64,000 bases of DNA from the NCBI GenBank assembly GCA_938024995.1, contig CALJDU010000036.1, forward strand, positions 17,520 through 81,519, in the 5' to 3' direction. The DNA comes from an uncultured bacterium (GTDB taxonomy: Bacteria > Myxococcota_A > Polyangia > Polyangiales > Houyiibacteriaceae). Shown here one piece after another: positions 16,759 through 25,925 of this stretch. The notes under the pieces were generated by a model. The model did no database searches and had not been told where the DNA came from. It was given only the letters and a program-made list of their open reading frames with translations. The translations under genes and the position numbers were made by a program. Numbering within the stretch: the stretch's first letter is position 1; each line of letters starts with the position of its first letter.

Positions 16759-17826
16759 ATGACCGAACCGCCTGACATCGACGACGAGCTCGACGAAGAG
16801 GAAGAAGAAGAAGAAGCGGGTCCCGCTTCGCTTCATCCTGGTGCGTCCATCGCGCCCATCAGCGATTCGATCGTTCCCGAGAACGTTCCGGAGTCCCCGG
16901 AGTCCATCTCGCCTCCGCCGGCATCGCGAAAGAAGAAAGCGAGCCTCCCAGCGAAGCGCGCCTCTCGAAGCAACGATCCGCTCGCCGCCTATATGCGCGA
17001 CGTGCAGCGTTACCCGTTGCTCACGAGAGAGGACGAACACGCGCTCGCGGTGCGGCTCACGGAAGAGGGCGACCTCGACGCCGCCCGCCAACTCGTCACG
17101 GCCAACCTGCGGCTCGTCGTGAAGATCGCGTACGGCTATCGCCAGGCCTACAAGAACCTTCTCGACCTCGTGCAAGAGGGGAACATTGGCCTCATGCAGG
17201 CCGTGAAGAAGTACGACCCCTACAAGGGCGTAAAGCTGAGCAGCTACGCGGCGTGGTGGATCCGCGCGTACATTCTGCGCTTCATCTTGAACAACCACCG
17301 CATGGTGAAGGTCGGGACGACGCAGGCGCAGCGGAAGCTCTTTTTCAACTTGAAGAAAGAAAAGGCGCGGCTCTCCGCGATGGGGATCGACCCCACTCCG
17401 AAGCTGATCGCCGAGCGGCTCGAGGTGTCTGAGAAGGACGTCATCCAAATGGACAGCCGGTTGAGCGCGAGCGAGGCGTCGCTCGACGCGCCGATGCGGA
17501 CGCCCGATGGTGGTCGCGCGGTCGCGCGGGTGGAGCTGATGGCGTCCAACTCGACGCCCATCGACGACTTCATCGCGGACCAGGAACTCGGCGACAAGCT
17601 GAAGGCGAAGATCCACGAGTTCGGCGCGACGCTCGTCAGCAAAGAGAAGGCGATCTTCGACAAGCGTCTCTTGAGCGAAGACCCGATGACGCTTCAGCAG
17701 CTCGGCACCGAGTTCGGGGTGAGCCGAGAGCGTATCCGACAGATCGAGAAGCGCCTGCTCCAGAAGCTGCGGACCTACATGCAGTCGGAGCTCGGGAAGA
17801 ACGTTCTCGACGTCTACGAGGCCTGA
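16759..17826 (+). CDS. rpoH: RpoH-type sigma-70 family factor with an acidic/Pro-rich N-terminal extension
   Basis: RpoH box [12 protein letters not shown]. Region 2 [30 protein letters not shown]. Region 4 [20 protein letters not shown]-like. About 75 aa of [11 protein letters not shown].. precede region 1.2. Confidence 0.85.
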   Translation: MTEPPDIDDELDEEEEEEEAGPASLHPGASIAPISDSIVPENVPESPESISPPPASRKKKASLPAKRASRSNDPLAAYMRDVQRYPLLTREDEHALAVRLTEEGDLDAARQLVTANLRLVVKIAYGYRQAYKNLLDLVQEGNIGLMQAVKKYDPYKGVKLSSYAAWWIRAYILRFILNNHRMVKVGTTQAQRKLFFNLKKEKARLSAMGIDPTPKLIAERLEVSEKDVIQMDSRLSASEASLDAPMRTPDGGRAVARVELMASNSTPIDDFIADQELGDKLKAKIHEFGATLVSKEKAIFDKRLLSEDPMTLQQLGTEFGVSRERIRQIEKRLLQKLRTYMQSELGKNVLDVYEA

Positions 17827-17838
17827 CGCGCGGTCACG

Positions 17839-18714
17839 GTGGCGCGTCCGGAAACAGAATCGAGCGACGCGGATGAGACCGCTCGCGAGGCGGGCACGCT
17901 CTTTCTGGTCGCGACGCCGATCGGGAACCTCGAGGACATCACTTTGCGCGCGCTTCGGGTGCTCCGCGAGGTTGATCTCGTCCTCGCCGAAGACACTCGC
18001 CGGACCCGAGGCTTGCTCTCCCATCATGAGATCAAAGCGAACGTGCGCGCGCTCCACGCGCACAGCGACGAGAGCGTGGTTCGCAGCTACGTCTCACGTC
18101 TGAAGAAGGGTGAGAGCGTCGCGGTCGTGACCGATGCGGGGACCCCGATCATCAGCGACCCGGGCGCGCGCCTGACGCGGTTCGCGAGCGAGGCAGGGGT
18201 CCGTATCGAGTCCGTGCCGGGCGCGAGCGCGGTGACGGCGGCGCTCTGTGTCGCGGCGCTCCGAGCGGACACCTTTCGCTTCGTCGGCTTTCTGCCGCGG
18301 AGCGGTCCCAAGCGAAAGCGCGCGCTCGTCGCGATGGCGGAAGACACCTCGGCGACCGTCCTCTTCGAGTCTCCGCGCCGGGTCGCGGACACCCTTCGCG
18401 ATCTCGGGGCAGCGCTTGGTTCGCGCCGGGTCGCGGTGTGTCGCGAGCTGACCAAGCTCCACGAAGAGGTGAGCCGTGGAGAGGCCGCGGAGCTCGCGAA
18501 ACAGATGGTAGACGCCCGCGGGGAGATCACGATCGTAGTGGAGGCCCGCGAAGAGGTCGCGGAAGAGCTCAGCGAGAGCGCGATCGCGGAACGGGCGAGG
18601 GCGCTTTTGGCGTCGGGAGAGTCCGCGCGAGACGCCGCTCGAGCGCTCGCCGCGTGGGCCGGCATCCCCAAGAAACAAGCCTACAAAATCGTGTTGGCGC
18701 AGCCGGTTTCGTAG
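17839..18714 (+). CDS. rsmI: 16S rRNA (cytidine1402-2'-O)-methyltransferase RsmI
   Basis: GTLFLVATPIGNLEDITLRALRVLREVDLVLAEDTRRT and DAGTPIISDPG motifs. GTG start 12 nt after the sigma gene. Confidence 0.88.
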   Translation: MARPETESSDADETAREAGTLFLVATPIGNLEDITLRALRVLREVDLVLAEDTRRTRGLLSHHEIKANVRALHAHSDESVVRSYVSRLKKGESVAVVTDAGTPIISDPGARLTRFASEAGVRIESVPGASAVTAALCVAALRADTFRFVGFLPRSGPKRKRALVAMAEDTSATVLFESPRRVADTLRDLGAALGSRRVAVCRELTKLHEEVSRGEAAELAKQMVDARGEITIVVEAREEVAEELSESAIAERARALLASGESARDAARALAAWAGIPKKQAYKIVLAQPVS

Positions 18715-18773
18715 GAACTGATTTAACGAGGCCGTAGCACCCCGAACATTCCGCGCGTGGTAGATTTCCGGCG

Positions 18774-20531
18774 ATGCGTTTCTTATCGGTGATCGGGCTC
18801 TCGCTCGCCCTCTTGTCCCTCTTTTCTTGTGCCGCCTCCGAGGACCCAGATCTCTCGGTGACCGCGCGTTGGTTGACGCCGACCGGTGCGCTCCCGGCCG
18901 ACGTCGCGACGATCACCGTCGTGGTGGTTCGCGATGGCGAGGACGGCGGCGAGAGCCAGCACACAGTCTCGCTCCTGCCCGACGAAGACATGAACGGCGC
19001 GGTAGAGCTGGTCCGCAGCGGGCTGCCTGTTGGAGAAGCGTTCGGGATCCGCGTTGAAGGGTTTCGAGCGGGTGAAGGCGTGTCGGCTTACGTCGGCCAT
19101 GTCGGCCCGATCTTCTTGCAGCCAGGGGAGCGACGCTACGTTGACCTCACGATGTATGAGCGCGGCGCCTTTACGCGGGTGACGAGCGACGCGGTTGGGA
19201 CGCGGGTGCTCCACACGATGAGCACGTTGCCCGATGGTCGCGTCTTGATCGCGGGCGGCTTCGATGAGGTCAGCGCGACGGCTTGCCCGATCGACGCGCC
19301 GGCGATGTCGATGTGCCTCGACATGACCGCAACGAACACGGCGGTCGTCTTCGACGTCGCGACCGGAGAGTTCTTCTCGATGAACCCGATGTCGACGGCG
19401 CGCGGTGGCCACACCAGCAACGTCACCTCGACGGGACGTGTTGTCCTGGCGGGAGGTGCCGAGCGCGCGTTGATGGTGATCACGCCGGTCGACGCGACAG
19501 GGGCCAACCACGACGTCGTCTTCCGCCCGCTCAAGGCGGATGGCACCTCAGGTGCTCTGGCGAGCTTCACGCTCTTTGATCCCGAGGCGAACCCCGAGGT
19601 CGAAGACACGGACCGCGACGGCGACCCCGGCCGCGGCGGCTTCGTCTCTGAAGGCACACTGAACGACGAGCGGTTCCTTCACGCGAGCGCGCCGGTTCCG
19701 GATTCCAACCAGTTCCTCTTCGCCGGCGGGTACGGCACCGGGAGCGGGAGCTTTGAGCTTTACGACGACCAGCGCCCTGGTGGCCCAGGGGTCTACGACA
19801 ACGCGACGAACCTCTTGGGCGTCGCGCGCACCGCGCCGGTCGCGGTCAGCGCTGGGAGCCGCGTTCTGATCTTCGGCGGGAGCGATGAGATCGCTACCAA
19901 CGCGCAGCTCGCCGACTCGTACACCGCGGCGGCGGGTCTTACACCGTTCACCGACAGCGTGACGGGCTTCCCGAACACCCTGATGGATCCGGAGCCGGGC
20001 TACGCGCTGCAGTACGCGAGCGGGATCGCGCTGGGGTCCGGTGCCGCGACCCGCGCGTTTGTGACGGGCTGGTACGGCCCGCGTTGTGACCCTGGCGCGA
20101 CGATGCCGCAACAGCCGACCTTCGTCGCGACCTCCGGAATGGAGCTGTCACGATGCGCCGCGCCGAGCGGAACGGTCGTGGGGAGGAGCTTCGTGGTCGA
20201 CGCGATCACCGGGCAGACCAACCGCATCTCGCCGATGGCGCCGCCCGTGTTCGGCACGATGACCGCGTTCGGGACGAGCACCATCGCCCTCGCGGGAGGT
20301 TTCACGACCGGCCTGCTCAACGCGGTCAACGGGGTCCAGCTCTTCGGACAGTCGGCCGCGGGTACGCCGCCGATCGTGGGCAACGTCTCGATGAACGACG
20401 CGCGCGCGATGCACGCCGCGGCCGCGGTGCGAGGTGGCGGTCTTCTCATCACCGGAGGCATGCGCCTGACCTTGAGCGGCGGGGTGCCGACCGTGATGAA
20501 CGTCGACTCCGCCGAGATCATCTTCCGCTAA
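18774..20531 (+). CDS. Kelch-like beta-propeller lipoprotein
   Basis: Lipobox LSLFSC. Six spaced blade signatures: GRVLIAGGFDE, GRVVLAGGAER, NQFLFAGGYGTG, SRVLIFGGSDE, TIALAGGFTTG, GLLITGGMRL. Confidence 0.7.
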   Translation: MRFLSVIGLSLALLSLFSCAASEDPDLSVTARWLTPTGALPADVATITVVVVRDGEDGGESQHTVSLLPDEDMNGAVELVRSGLPVGEAFGIRVEGFRAGEGVSAYVGHVGPIFLQPGERRYVDLTMYERGAFTRVTSDAVGTRVLHTMSTLPDGRVLIAGGFDEVSATACPIDAPAMSMCLDMTATNTAVVFDVATGEFFSMNPMSTARGGHTSNVTSTGRVVLAGGAERALMVITPVDATGANHDVVFRPLKADGTSGALASFTLFDPEANPEVEDTDRDGDPGRGGFVSEGTLNDERFLHASAPVPDSNQFLFAGGYGTGSGSFELYDDQRPGGPGVYDNATNLLGVARTAPVAVSAGSRVLIFGGSDEIATNAQLADSYTAAAGLTPFTDSVTGFPNTLMDPEPGYALQYASGIALGSGAATRAFVTGWYGPRCDPGATMPQQPTFVATSGMELSRCAAPSGTVVGRSFVVDAITGQTNRISPMAPPVFGTMTAFGTSTIALAGGFTTGLLNAVNGVQLFGQSAAGTPPIVGNVSMNDARAMHAAAAVRGGGLLITGGMRLTLSGGVPTVMNVDSAEIIFR

Positions 20532-20545
20532 CCCAGAGCGTGACG

Positions 20546-20587
20546 CGATATTCTCTGGAGGGACTGTCCGCCCCTCCAAGAATATCG
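20546..20587 (+). terminator. long imperfect hairpin after the Kelch-like gene
   Basis: CGATATTCTCTGGAGGG - 9-nt loop - CCCTCCAAGAATATCG, 16 bp with one bulge, followed by TTT. Confidence 0.5.
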
Positions 20588-20779
20588 TTTCCGCACAGGC
20601 GCTCAGGCGCGGGTTCCGGAGCGCAGCGGAGAACTCGCGGCGATGGCGCCGCAGGTGCGTAAACCAAGAATATAGGTGGGCGTGATTCGGTGTTGAGGTT
20701 GGTGCAGGCCGGCCATCCTCGAAACGAGGAACAGCGAGCTATGGCCACCTATCTCGAATCGCGCTCGAGAGCGAGCGCT

Positions 20780-21952
20780 CTAGAAACGAGCGCCTGCGCT
20801 GATGTACGTCTCGAGGAGCAACGCGCGCTCGATGTAGAAGCGCGCTCCTGGGGAGTCGATGTCGACGCGAAAGGCCGGGTCGTCTGAGCACTCGCCGTCG
20901 CAGCCGTTCGCGCCCGTGATGCGCGCGGGACCGGTCATCCCGAGGGTCGCGCCGAGGCCGAACCAGATGTAGCGCGCCGCGCGTAGCTCGACGCCTGCGG
21001 TGATGCCGAACCGCGAACGCGCGCCGAGCTCGGTGACCCCGGTGGAGGACGTCTCCGAGGTCGCGCCTAGCGCGTCGTAGAGGACGCTGAAGCCGCGGCC
21101 CGCGGTGTCCATCCCCGCGGTGAGCGCGAAGTCGATCGACATTCGCTGGAGCTCCGCGGGGCTCTCCCACGGGATGAACGAAGCGCCGACGGTGAGTGAA
21201 GCACGCGACGGTGGGTTACGGGACACGGCAGGCGCAAAGGCGTCGTCAGCGCGTCCGCGAAACCCGATCGAGGCGTCCACTCCCGCATAAGGCTCAACCC
21301 ATGGGTACCGTCGTGAGAAACGGGCGGCGAGGGTCACCGCGTGGGTGCCGCCGGTGACACCTGGCGCGCACATCTCATCGCCTGACTCACAGGGCGACAG
21401 CAGGCTCCCGACGCCGAGGTCGAGGCCAAGTCGAATGGTCATCGTCGGGTAGCCATCGCGGCGAAACTGGTTGAGCGGGGAGAAGGCCAGCCCGAACATC
21501 GCGCGGTCCAATCCGGAGCGCGTCGGGGACTGAAACGGAACCGCGAAGCCGCGCGGGCCGAGGATCGAGTCGACCTCGCTCGCGTCTCGTTCGCCGAGAC
21601 TGAGGTCGCGGTCGTCGCTCAGCACGACGGGAAAACGCGCGAAGAGCGCGACGTCACGAAAGACGCCGATGTCCATGGAGAGTTCGAGGATGTTGCTGAA
21701 GTGTCCGACGTCAGCGAAGGCGACCCGCTCTGTCCCGCGCTCGCGTGAGAGGCTGGCGCGCTGGGAACGACGCAAGAAGCGCGTGGAGATGTCGAGGTCG
21801 AACGCGTCATCCGCGTCGAACGCGTCGATCACGTCGGTGAAACGACTGGGCTCACGGGTCAGGCGTACGCCATCATCGGCGCGCGCTTCTCCGAACACGT
21901 GGAACGAGAAGAAGAGCGCGACGAGCACGCGCAGTCGCTGACCTGATCGCAT
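20780..21952 (-). CDS. predicted outer-membrane beta-barrel protein
   Basis: Signal peptide ..FHVFGEARA|DD. Alternating amphipathic strands. C-terminal ..YISAGARF ending in Phe. Starts 16 nt downstream of the PP2C gene. Confidence 0.65.
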   Translation of the reverse strand: MRSGQRLRVLVALFFSFHVFGEARADDGVRLTREPSRFTDVIDAFDADDAFDLDISTRFLRRSQRASLSRERGTERVAFADVGHFSNILELSMDIGVFRDVALFARFPVVLSDDRDLSLGERDASEVDSILGPRGFAVPFQSPTRSGLDRAMFGLAFSPLNQFRRDGYPTMTIRLGLDLGVGSLLSPCESGDEMCAPGVTGGTHAVTLAARFSRRYPWVEPYAGVDASIGFRGRADDAFAPAVSRNPPSRASLTVGASFIPWESPAELQRMSIDFALTAGMDTAGRGFSVLYDALGATSETSSTGVTELGARSRFGITAGVELRAARYIWFGLGATLGMTGPARITGANGCDGECSDDPAFRVDIDSPGARFYIERALLLETYISAGARF

Positions 21953-21968
21953 GCTCGCGATCCGCGTT

Positions 21969-23531
21969 TCAGCCGTCGTCCGGCTCGGGGTCGATGTCGC
22001 GGAGGGTGTCGCCGGTGACCGGGACGTCGCCGATTCCCTTCAGCAGCGCGCCGAGGCGCAGCGTCGCTTTGGGGTCCAGCTTCGGCTCTGGCTTTTCTTT
22101 CGGCGGCTTTGGGGCCTTCTTTTCGAGCTCGAGGGTCTTCGCGCCGTCAATCGACTGGCTCACCGGCTTGGGCTTAGACCGGTTGCGAAGGTCGACGGTC
22201 TCGAGGAGCGAAGCGTCCGGCGCGGGGGAGCGCAGAGTGTCTGGACCGCCGATCGGCATCGGCATCACGCTCCCGAGGAGCTGCTTCGTGATGACGTCCG
22301 TCGCCAGCTGGTTGCGCGCGTCGCCGAGCTCGCGGCTGGTCGACCGGAGGCGCTTGGTGAGCACGCCGAGGAAGCTCCAGAGGAGCTTGACCGCGACGTC
22401 GTGGTCCTTGCGGATCATGTCGAAGAAGCCGCGGCGCGTGATCGCGAGCGCGCGGCTCTCTTCCATCGCGGTGACGCTGGCGCTCCGCGGGGCCTTGTCG
22501 ATCAAGGCCATCTCGCCGAAGTGGTCGCCCGAGGTGAACTCGGAGATGAGGGCGCCGCCGGAGTGAACCTTCATCTTGCCGGAGAGGACGATGAAGAGCT
22601 CGTCGCCATCATCCCCCTCGATCACCGCGGCTTGGCCTGGCTCGTAGTTGCGCACCTGTGTGATGTTCAGGACACGCACCAGCTCTTGGTACGTCAAGAA
22701 CCGGAAGAGCGGCATCTCGTGAAGCACGTCGAGCTTGAGCTGGACCTCGCGCGCGAGGACGTCGACGCCATCCTCCGCTTCGGGAACGCGAACGACGAGC
22801 GCGGTGATGTTGTCTTTGCCGCCGCGATCGTTGGCGAGCTGAATCAGGTGCGGCGTGAGCGCGTCTTCCTCGATGTCCTCAAAGAGCCCGGGGAGCTCGC
22901 TCTCTTCGAGGTACTCGTGGAGCCCATCGGAGCAGAGCAGGAAGCGGTCGCCGGGGAGCACGTCAAAGTCGAAGACGTCGACCTCGACGCTCTCGTAGAC
23001 GCCGACCGCGCGGGTGACGGCGTTCTTGTATTTGACCTTGGCGATCTGTTCGCGGGTCAGTCGACCGCGCTTGAGCAGCTCGTTGATCAACGAGTGGTCT
23101 TCGGTCAGCTGATGGACCGAGCCTTGCCGATAGAGATAGATCCGCGCGTCTCCGACATGCGCGATGAAGCCGCGGTTCCCGACGACCAAAAGCGCGTCGA
23201 GGGTCGTCCCCATTCCGCGCTTGCTCTCGTCGTCCACGCCCTCTTGATGCACGACCGTGCAAGCCTGCTGAACGCTGGCCTCGAGCAGGCGAAGAATGTC
23301 CTTACGCATCGTGGTCTCGCCGGCCTCGAATTGGGCAAGCGCGTCACGGTCTTGAGCGAGAGCGTCGCGGACGGTGTGGGCGGCACGTGTGCTCGCGACC
23401 TCACCTGCCGCGTGACCTCCCATACCGTCGCAGACGATATAGAGCTGAAGGGCTTTGTCGACGAGGAAGCTGTCCTCGTTGTGGTCGCGCACCCGCCCCA
23501 CGTGGGTCTCTGGCCAGAAGCGGATCGTCAC
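21969..23531 (-). CDS. PP2C-family Ser/Thr phosphatase fused to a cyclic-nucleotide-binding domain
   Basis: RDHNEDSF, CDGMGGHAAGEVAS, LLCSDGL, GGKDNITALVV. cNMP-binding part ..GDELFIVLSGKMKV..FGEMALIDKAPRSASV. Confidence 0.88.
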   Translation of the reverse strand: MTIRFWPETHVGRVRDHNEDSFLVDKALQLYIVCDGMGGHAAGEVASTRAAHTVRDALAQDRDALAQFEAGETTMRKDILRLLEASVQQACTVVHQEGVDDESKRGMGTTLDALLVVGNRGFIAHVGDARIYLYRQGSVHQLTEDHSLINELLKRGRLTREQIAKVKYKNAVTRAVGVYESVEVDVFDFDVLPGDRFLLCSDGLHEYLEESELPGLFEDIEEDALTPHLIQLANDRGGKDNITALVVRVPEAEDGVDVLAREVQLKLDVLHEMPLFRFLTYQELVRVLNITQVRNYEPGQAAVIEGDDGDELFIVLSGKMKVHSGGALISEFTSGDHFGEMALIDKAPRSASVTAMEESRALAITRRGFFDMIRKDHDVAVKLLWSFLGVLTKRLRSTSRELGDARNQLATDVITKQLLGSVMPMPIGGPDTLRSPAPDASLLETVDLRNRSKPKPVSQSIDGAKTLELEKKAPKPPKEKPEPKLDPKATLRLGALLKGIGDVPVTGDTLRDIDPEPDDG

Positions 23532-23621
23532 CGAAGCGCTGTACTACGACCTCCCGGAACGAGTCAACGCGACGACCGTCATCTAGCGCGACCCCCGCTC
23601 CCCGGATATGGTCCCGCCACC

Positions 23622-25118
23622 ATGCGCATACGCCTGACTTTTGCCCCTTTCGTTCTGCTCCTCTCCTTCGCCCTGACCGGCTGCCCAGAGTCCACGACTC
23701 CGGAAGACGACGCCGGGACAGACGCGATCATGTTTGACGCGAGCCTCGACACCATTCGCCCGGACACGAACCCAGAAGATACTGGCGAGCCGGAGAGCGA
23801 CATCGGCGGCGAGTGCACCGACGACGGAGACTGCGACGGGTTCTGCAACACCGACTTCCCAGGCGGCTACTGCTCGAACACGTGCGGGTCCGCCGCGGAC
23901 TGCCCCGAGGGGGCGGCCTGTAGCCGGATCGGTTGTCTCGCCGGCTGCACCCCTGGTGCCGGTGACTGTCGTCGTGGGTATGGCTGCACGACGAACCCCC
24001 GCTTCGGCAACGTCTGCGTTCCCGGCTGTGAAGATGATGATGACTGCGGCGACGGCGAGGTCTGCGATCCGACGCGAGGCTTCGCGGGAGGCGGCGAGTG
24101 CTTCAGCGACAGCGCGAACGTCGGCGACGCCTGCGAGAGTGATCGCGAGTGCCCGGTGGGCGGTCTTTGCCTCGCGGAGGAGTTCCAGGGTTGGCCGGCC
24201 GGGTCGTGCATCACGTTCGGTTGCGACGTGCCGTCAAACATGGGTTGCGAGGGTGACGCGGTCTGCATCGCGGCGGCCGACGGAACGCCTTTGTGCATCG
24301 ATGGGTGCGAGGAAGATGGCGACTGCCGCGACGGATACGTTTGCGAAGGCGGGACGCGGTTCCCAGATCGCGCGTACTGTCAGCCTGGCTGCACGTCTGA
24401 CGACGCTTGCTCCGACGGTCGCGTGTGCAACCCCGGCGAGGGCACCTGTGATGTTCCCTTCGACGCGAACGAGCTCGGGACGCCCTGCAGCACCGTAGAG
24501 GGAGCCTGCGCGGGCGGACGATGCCTCACCGAGTTCTCGAGCGGTTGGCCTGGATCGGTTTGCGTCTTCGCGGGCTGTGACCTCGACGCGCCGCTCGCCG
24601 ACAACGGCTGTCCGGGCGACGGCGCGTGCATGGTCGTTGATGGAGACGCTGTCTGCGTGGATGGATGCGAAGAGGACGGCGACTGCCGGACGCCTTCTTA
24701 CACCTGCGCCGACGTCGATGACGAAGACGCGAGCAAGGGCCGCGGCTGTCAGCCGAGCTGCTCGGACGATGATCACTGCGCCAACCGTGGCGGCGGCGGG
24801 TCGCCTACCTTCGTGTGCAACGTCGGCACGGGGCTGTGCGACTACGGCTTCGATGACGACACCTTCGGCAACAGCTGCTCGGAGCGTGACGAGTGTCGCG
24901 GCGGGTCGTGCCTGGACGAGTTCGACGGAGGGTTCTGCGCCGCGCGTGGTTGCCGCTTGAGCGGCGAAGGTCCGGAAGAAGAGTGCCCGTCGACCGGCAC
25001 CTGCGTGGACGATGGCGACGAGGACGAAATCGGCCACTGCCTGCTCACCTGCACCGATGGTGGAGATGAGTGCGGCGAAGGCCTGACTTGCGCCGACGAC
25101 CTGGTCTGCCGCCCCTAA
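23622..25118 (+). CDS. Cys-rich modular secreted lipoprotein
   Basis: ATG 23622 gives MRIRLTFAPFVLLLSFALTGC (lipobox). About four ~75-aa modules containing C..D.DC..G.CL.EF.GWPG.C...GC..GC.GD..C..DGCEEDGDCR. The ORF-track start at 21951 is an antisense read-through of the PP2C gene. Confidence 0.8.
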   Translation: MRIRLTFAPFVLLLSFALTGCPESTTPEDDAGTDAIMFDASLDTIRPDTNPEDTGEPESDIGGECTDDGDCDGFCNTDFPGGYCSNTCGSAADCPEGAACSRIGCLAGCTPGAGDCRRGYGCTTNPRFGNVCVPGCEDDDDCGDGEVCDPTRGFAGGGECFSDSANVGDACESDRECPVGGLCLAEEFQGWPAGSCITFGCDVPSNMGCEGDAVCIAAADGTPLCIDGCEEDGDCRDGYVCEGGTRFPDRAYCQPGCTSDDACSDGRVCNPGEGTCDVPFDANELGTPCSTVEGACAGGRCLTEFSSGWPGSVCVFAGCDLDAPLADNGCPGDGACMVVDGDAVCVDGCEEDGDCRTPSYTCADVDDEDASKGRGCQPSCSDDDHCANRGGGGSPTFVCNVGTGLCDYGFDDDTFGNSCSERDECRGGSCLDEFDGGFCAARGCRLSGEGPEEECPSTGTCVDDGDEDEIGHCLLTCTDGGDECGEGLTCADDLVCRP

Positions 25119-25133
25119 CGCCTCGAAACTCGC

Positions 25134-25925
25134 TCAGTCGAGCTGGAACGCACGCACGACCGGGGCCCCGTACTCCGCGGCACCGGTCAGCACCGTGAGG
25201 TTGTCACGGACCTCCAGCCTGCCCGCGCCGTGGGTGTGTCCACACAACACCGTAAACCGCGTCTCGGGGTGCGCGTTGGCTTCGGCCTCCAGCAGCTTCC
25301 CGACCGCATCACAGGTGAAGAACGGGAGCCACTCGTCGCTCGAGATCGCGCCCTCGTGCCAGCACGCGCCGCGGAACGGCGGGACGTGGGTCGCGACGAG
25401 GACGTGGGAAAAACCGGACGCGGCGATGCGGAGCGATTGTGTGAGCGCTTGTGCTTCCGCGTCTCCAAGCGACCTGAGCTTGGTGATCCGGTCGAGGCCG
25501 TCCAGGCCGGCGAGGTCGCCGATGTGAAGGAAGTCGTTGAGGAGGACGCGCGACCCAAAGGGATCGCCGAGGCGTCCGTCTCCCCATCCGTCGCACCCGA
25601 CCAACGCGGCGTGATCAGTGAGCGCGACGACGCCGGCGGCCGGGAGCCATTGCGCGCTGTCGCGGTCCTTTACGTACTGCGCGACTGAAGCGCGAACGGT
25701 CGCGATGTCGCTATCGTAGTAGTCGTGGTTCCCGAGCACGAAGAAGAACGGAACACGCGCGCCACGGAGCACGTCGAGATCGGCGTGCAGCGGCTTGGAT
25801 TCGCTGATGTCGCCGGTGACGATCAGTGCCTCCGGACGCAGCGCGATGATCTCTTCCACGAACGCGCGCTTGTCGTCCCCAGAGAGGAAGTTTAGGTGCA
25901 CATCGGTGGCCCACGCGATCCGCAT
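25134..25925 (-). CDS. metallophosphoesterase (calcineurin-like)
   Basis: MRIAWATDVHLNF.., VTGDISE, VLGNHDYY, LCGHTHG. ATG 25925 overlaps the upstream stop by 1 nt (TGATG). Confidence 0.85.
   Translation of the reverse strand: MRIAWATDVHLNFLSGDDKRAFVEEIIALRPEALIVTGDISESKPLHADLDVLRGARVPFFFVLGNHDYYDSDIATVRASVAQYVKDRDSAQWLPAAGVVALTDHAALVGCDGWGDGRLGDPFGSRVLLNDFLHIGDLAGLDGLDRITKLRSLGDAEAQALTQSLRIAASGFSHVLVATHVPPFRGACWHEGAISSDEWLPFFTCDAVGKLLEAEANAHPETRFTVLCGHTHGAGRLEVRDNLTVLTGAAEYGAPVVRAFQLD

Noticed and set aside
21951-25118. A 1055-aa ORF in the track that looks like a giant protein.
   Set aside because: Its first ~557 codons are the antisense shadow of the PP2C-cNMP gene (21969-23531, minus), which has clear catalytic motifs. 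A proper ATG plus lipoprotein signal peptide begins at 23622, so I annotated only 23622-25118.
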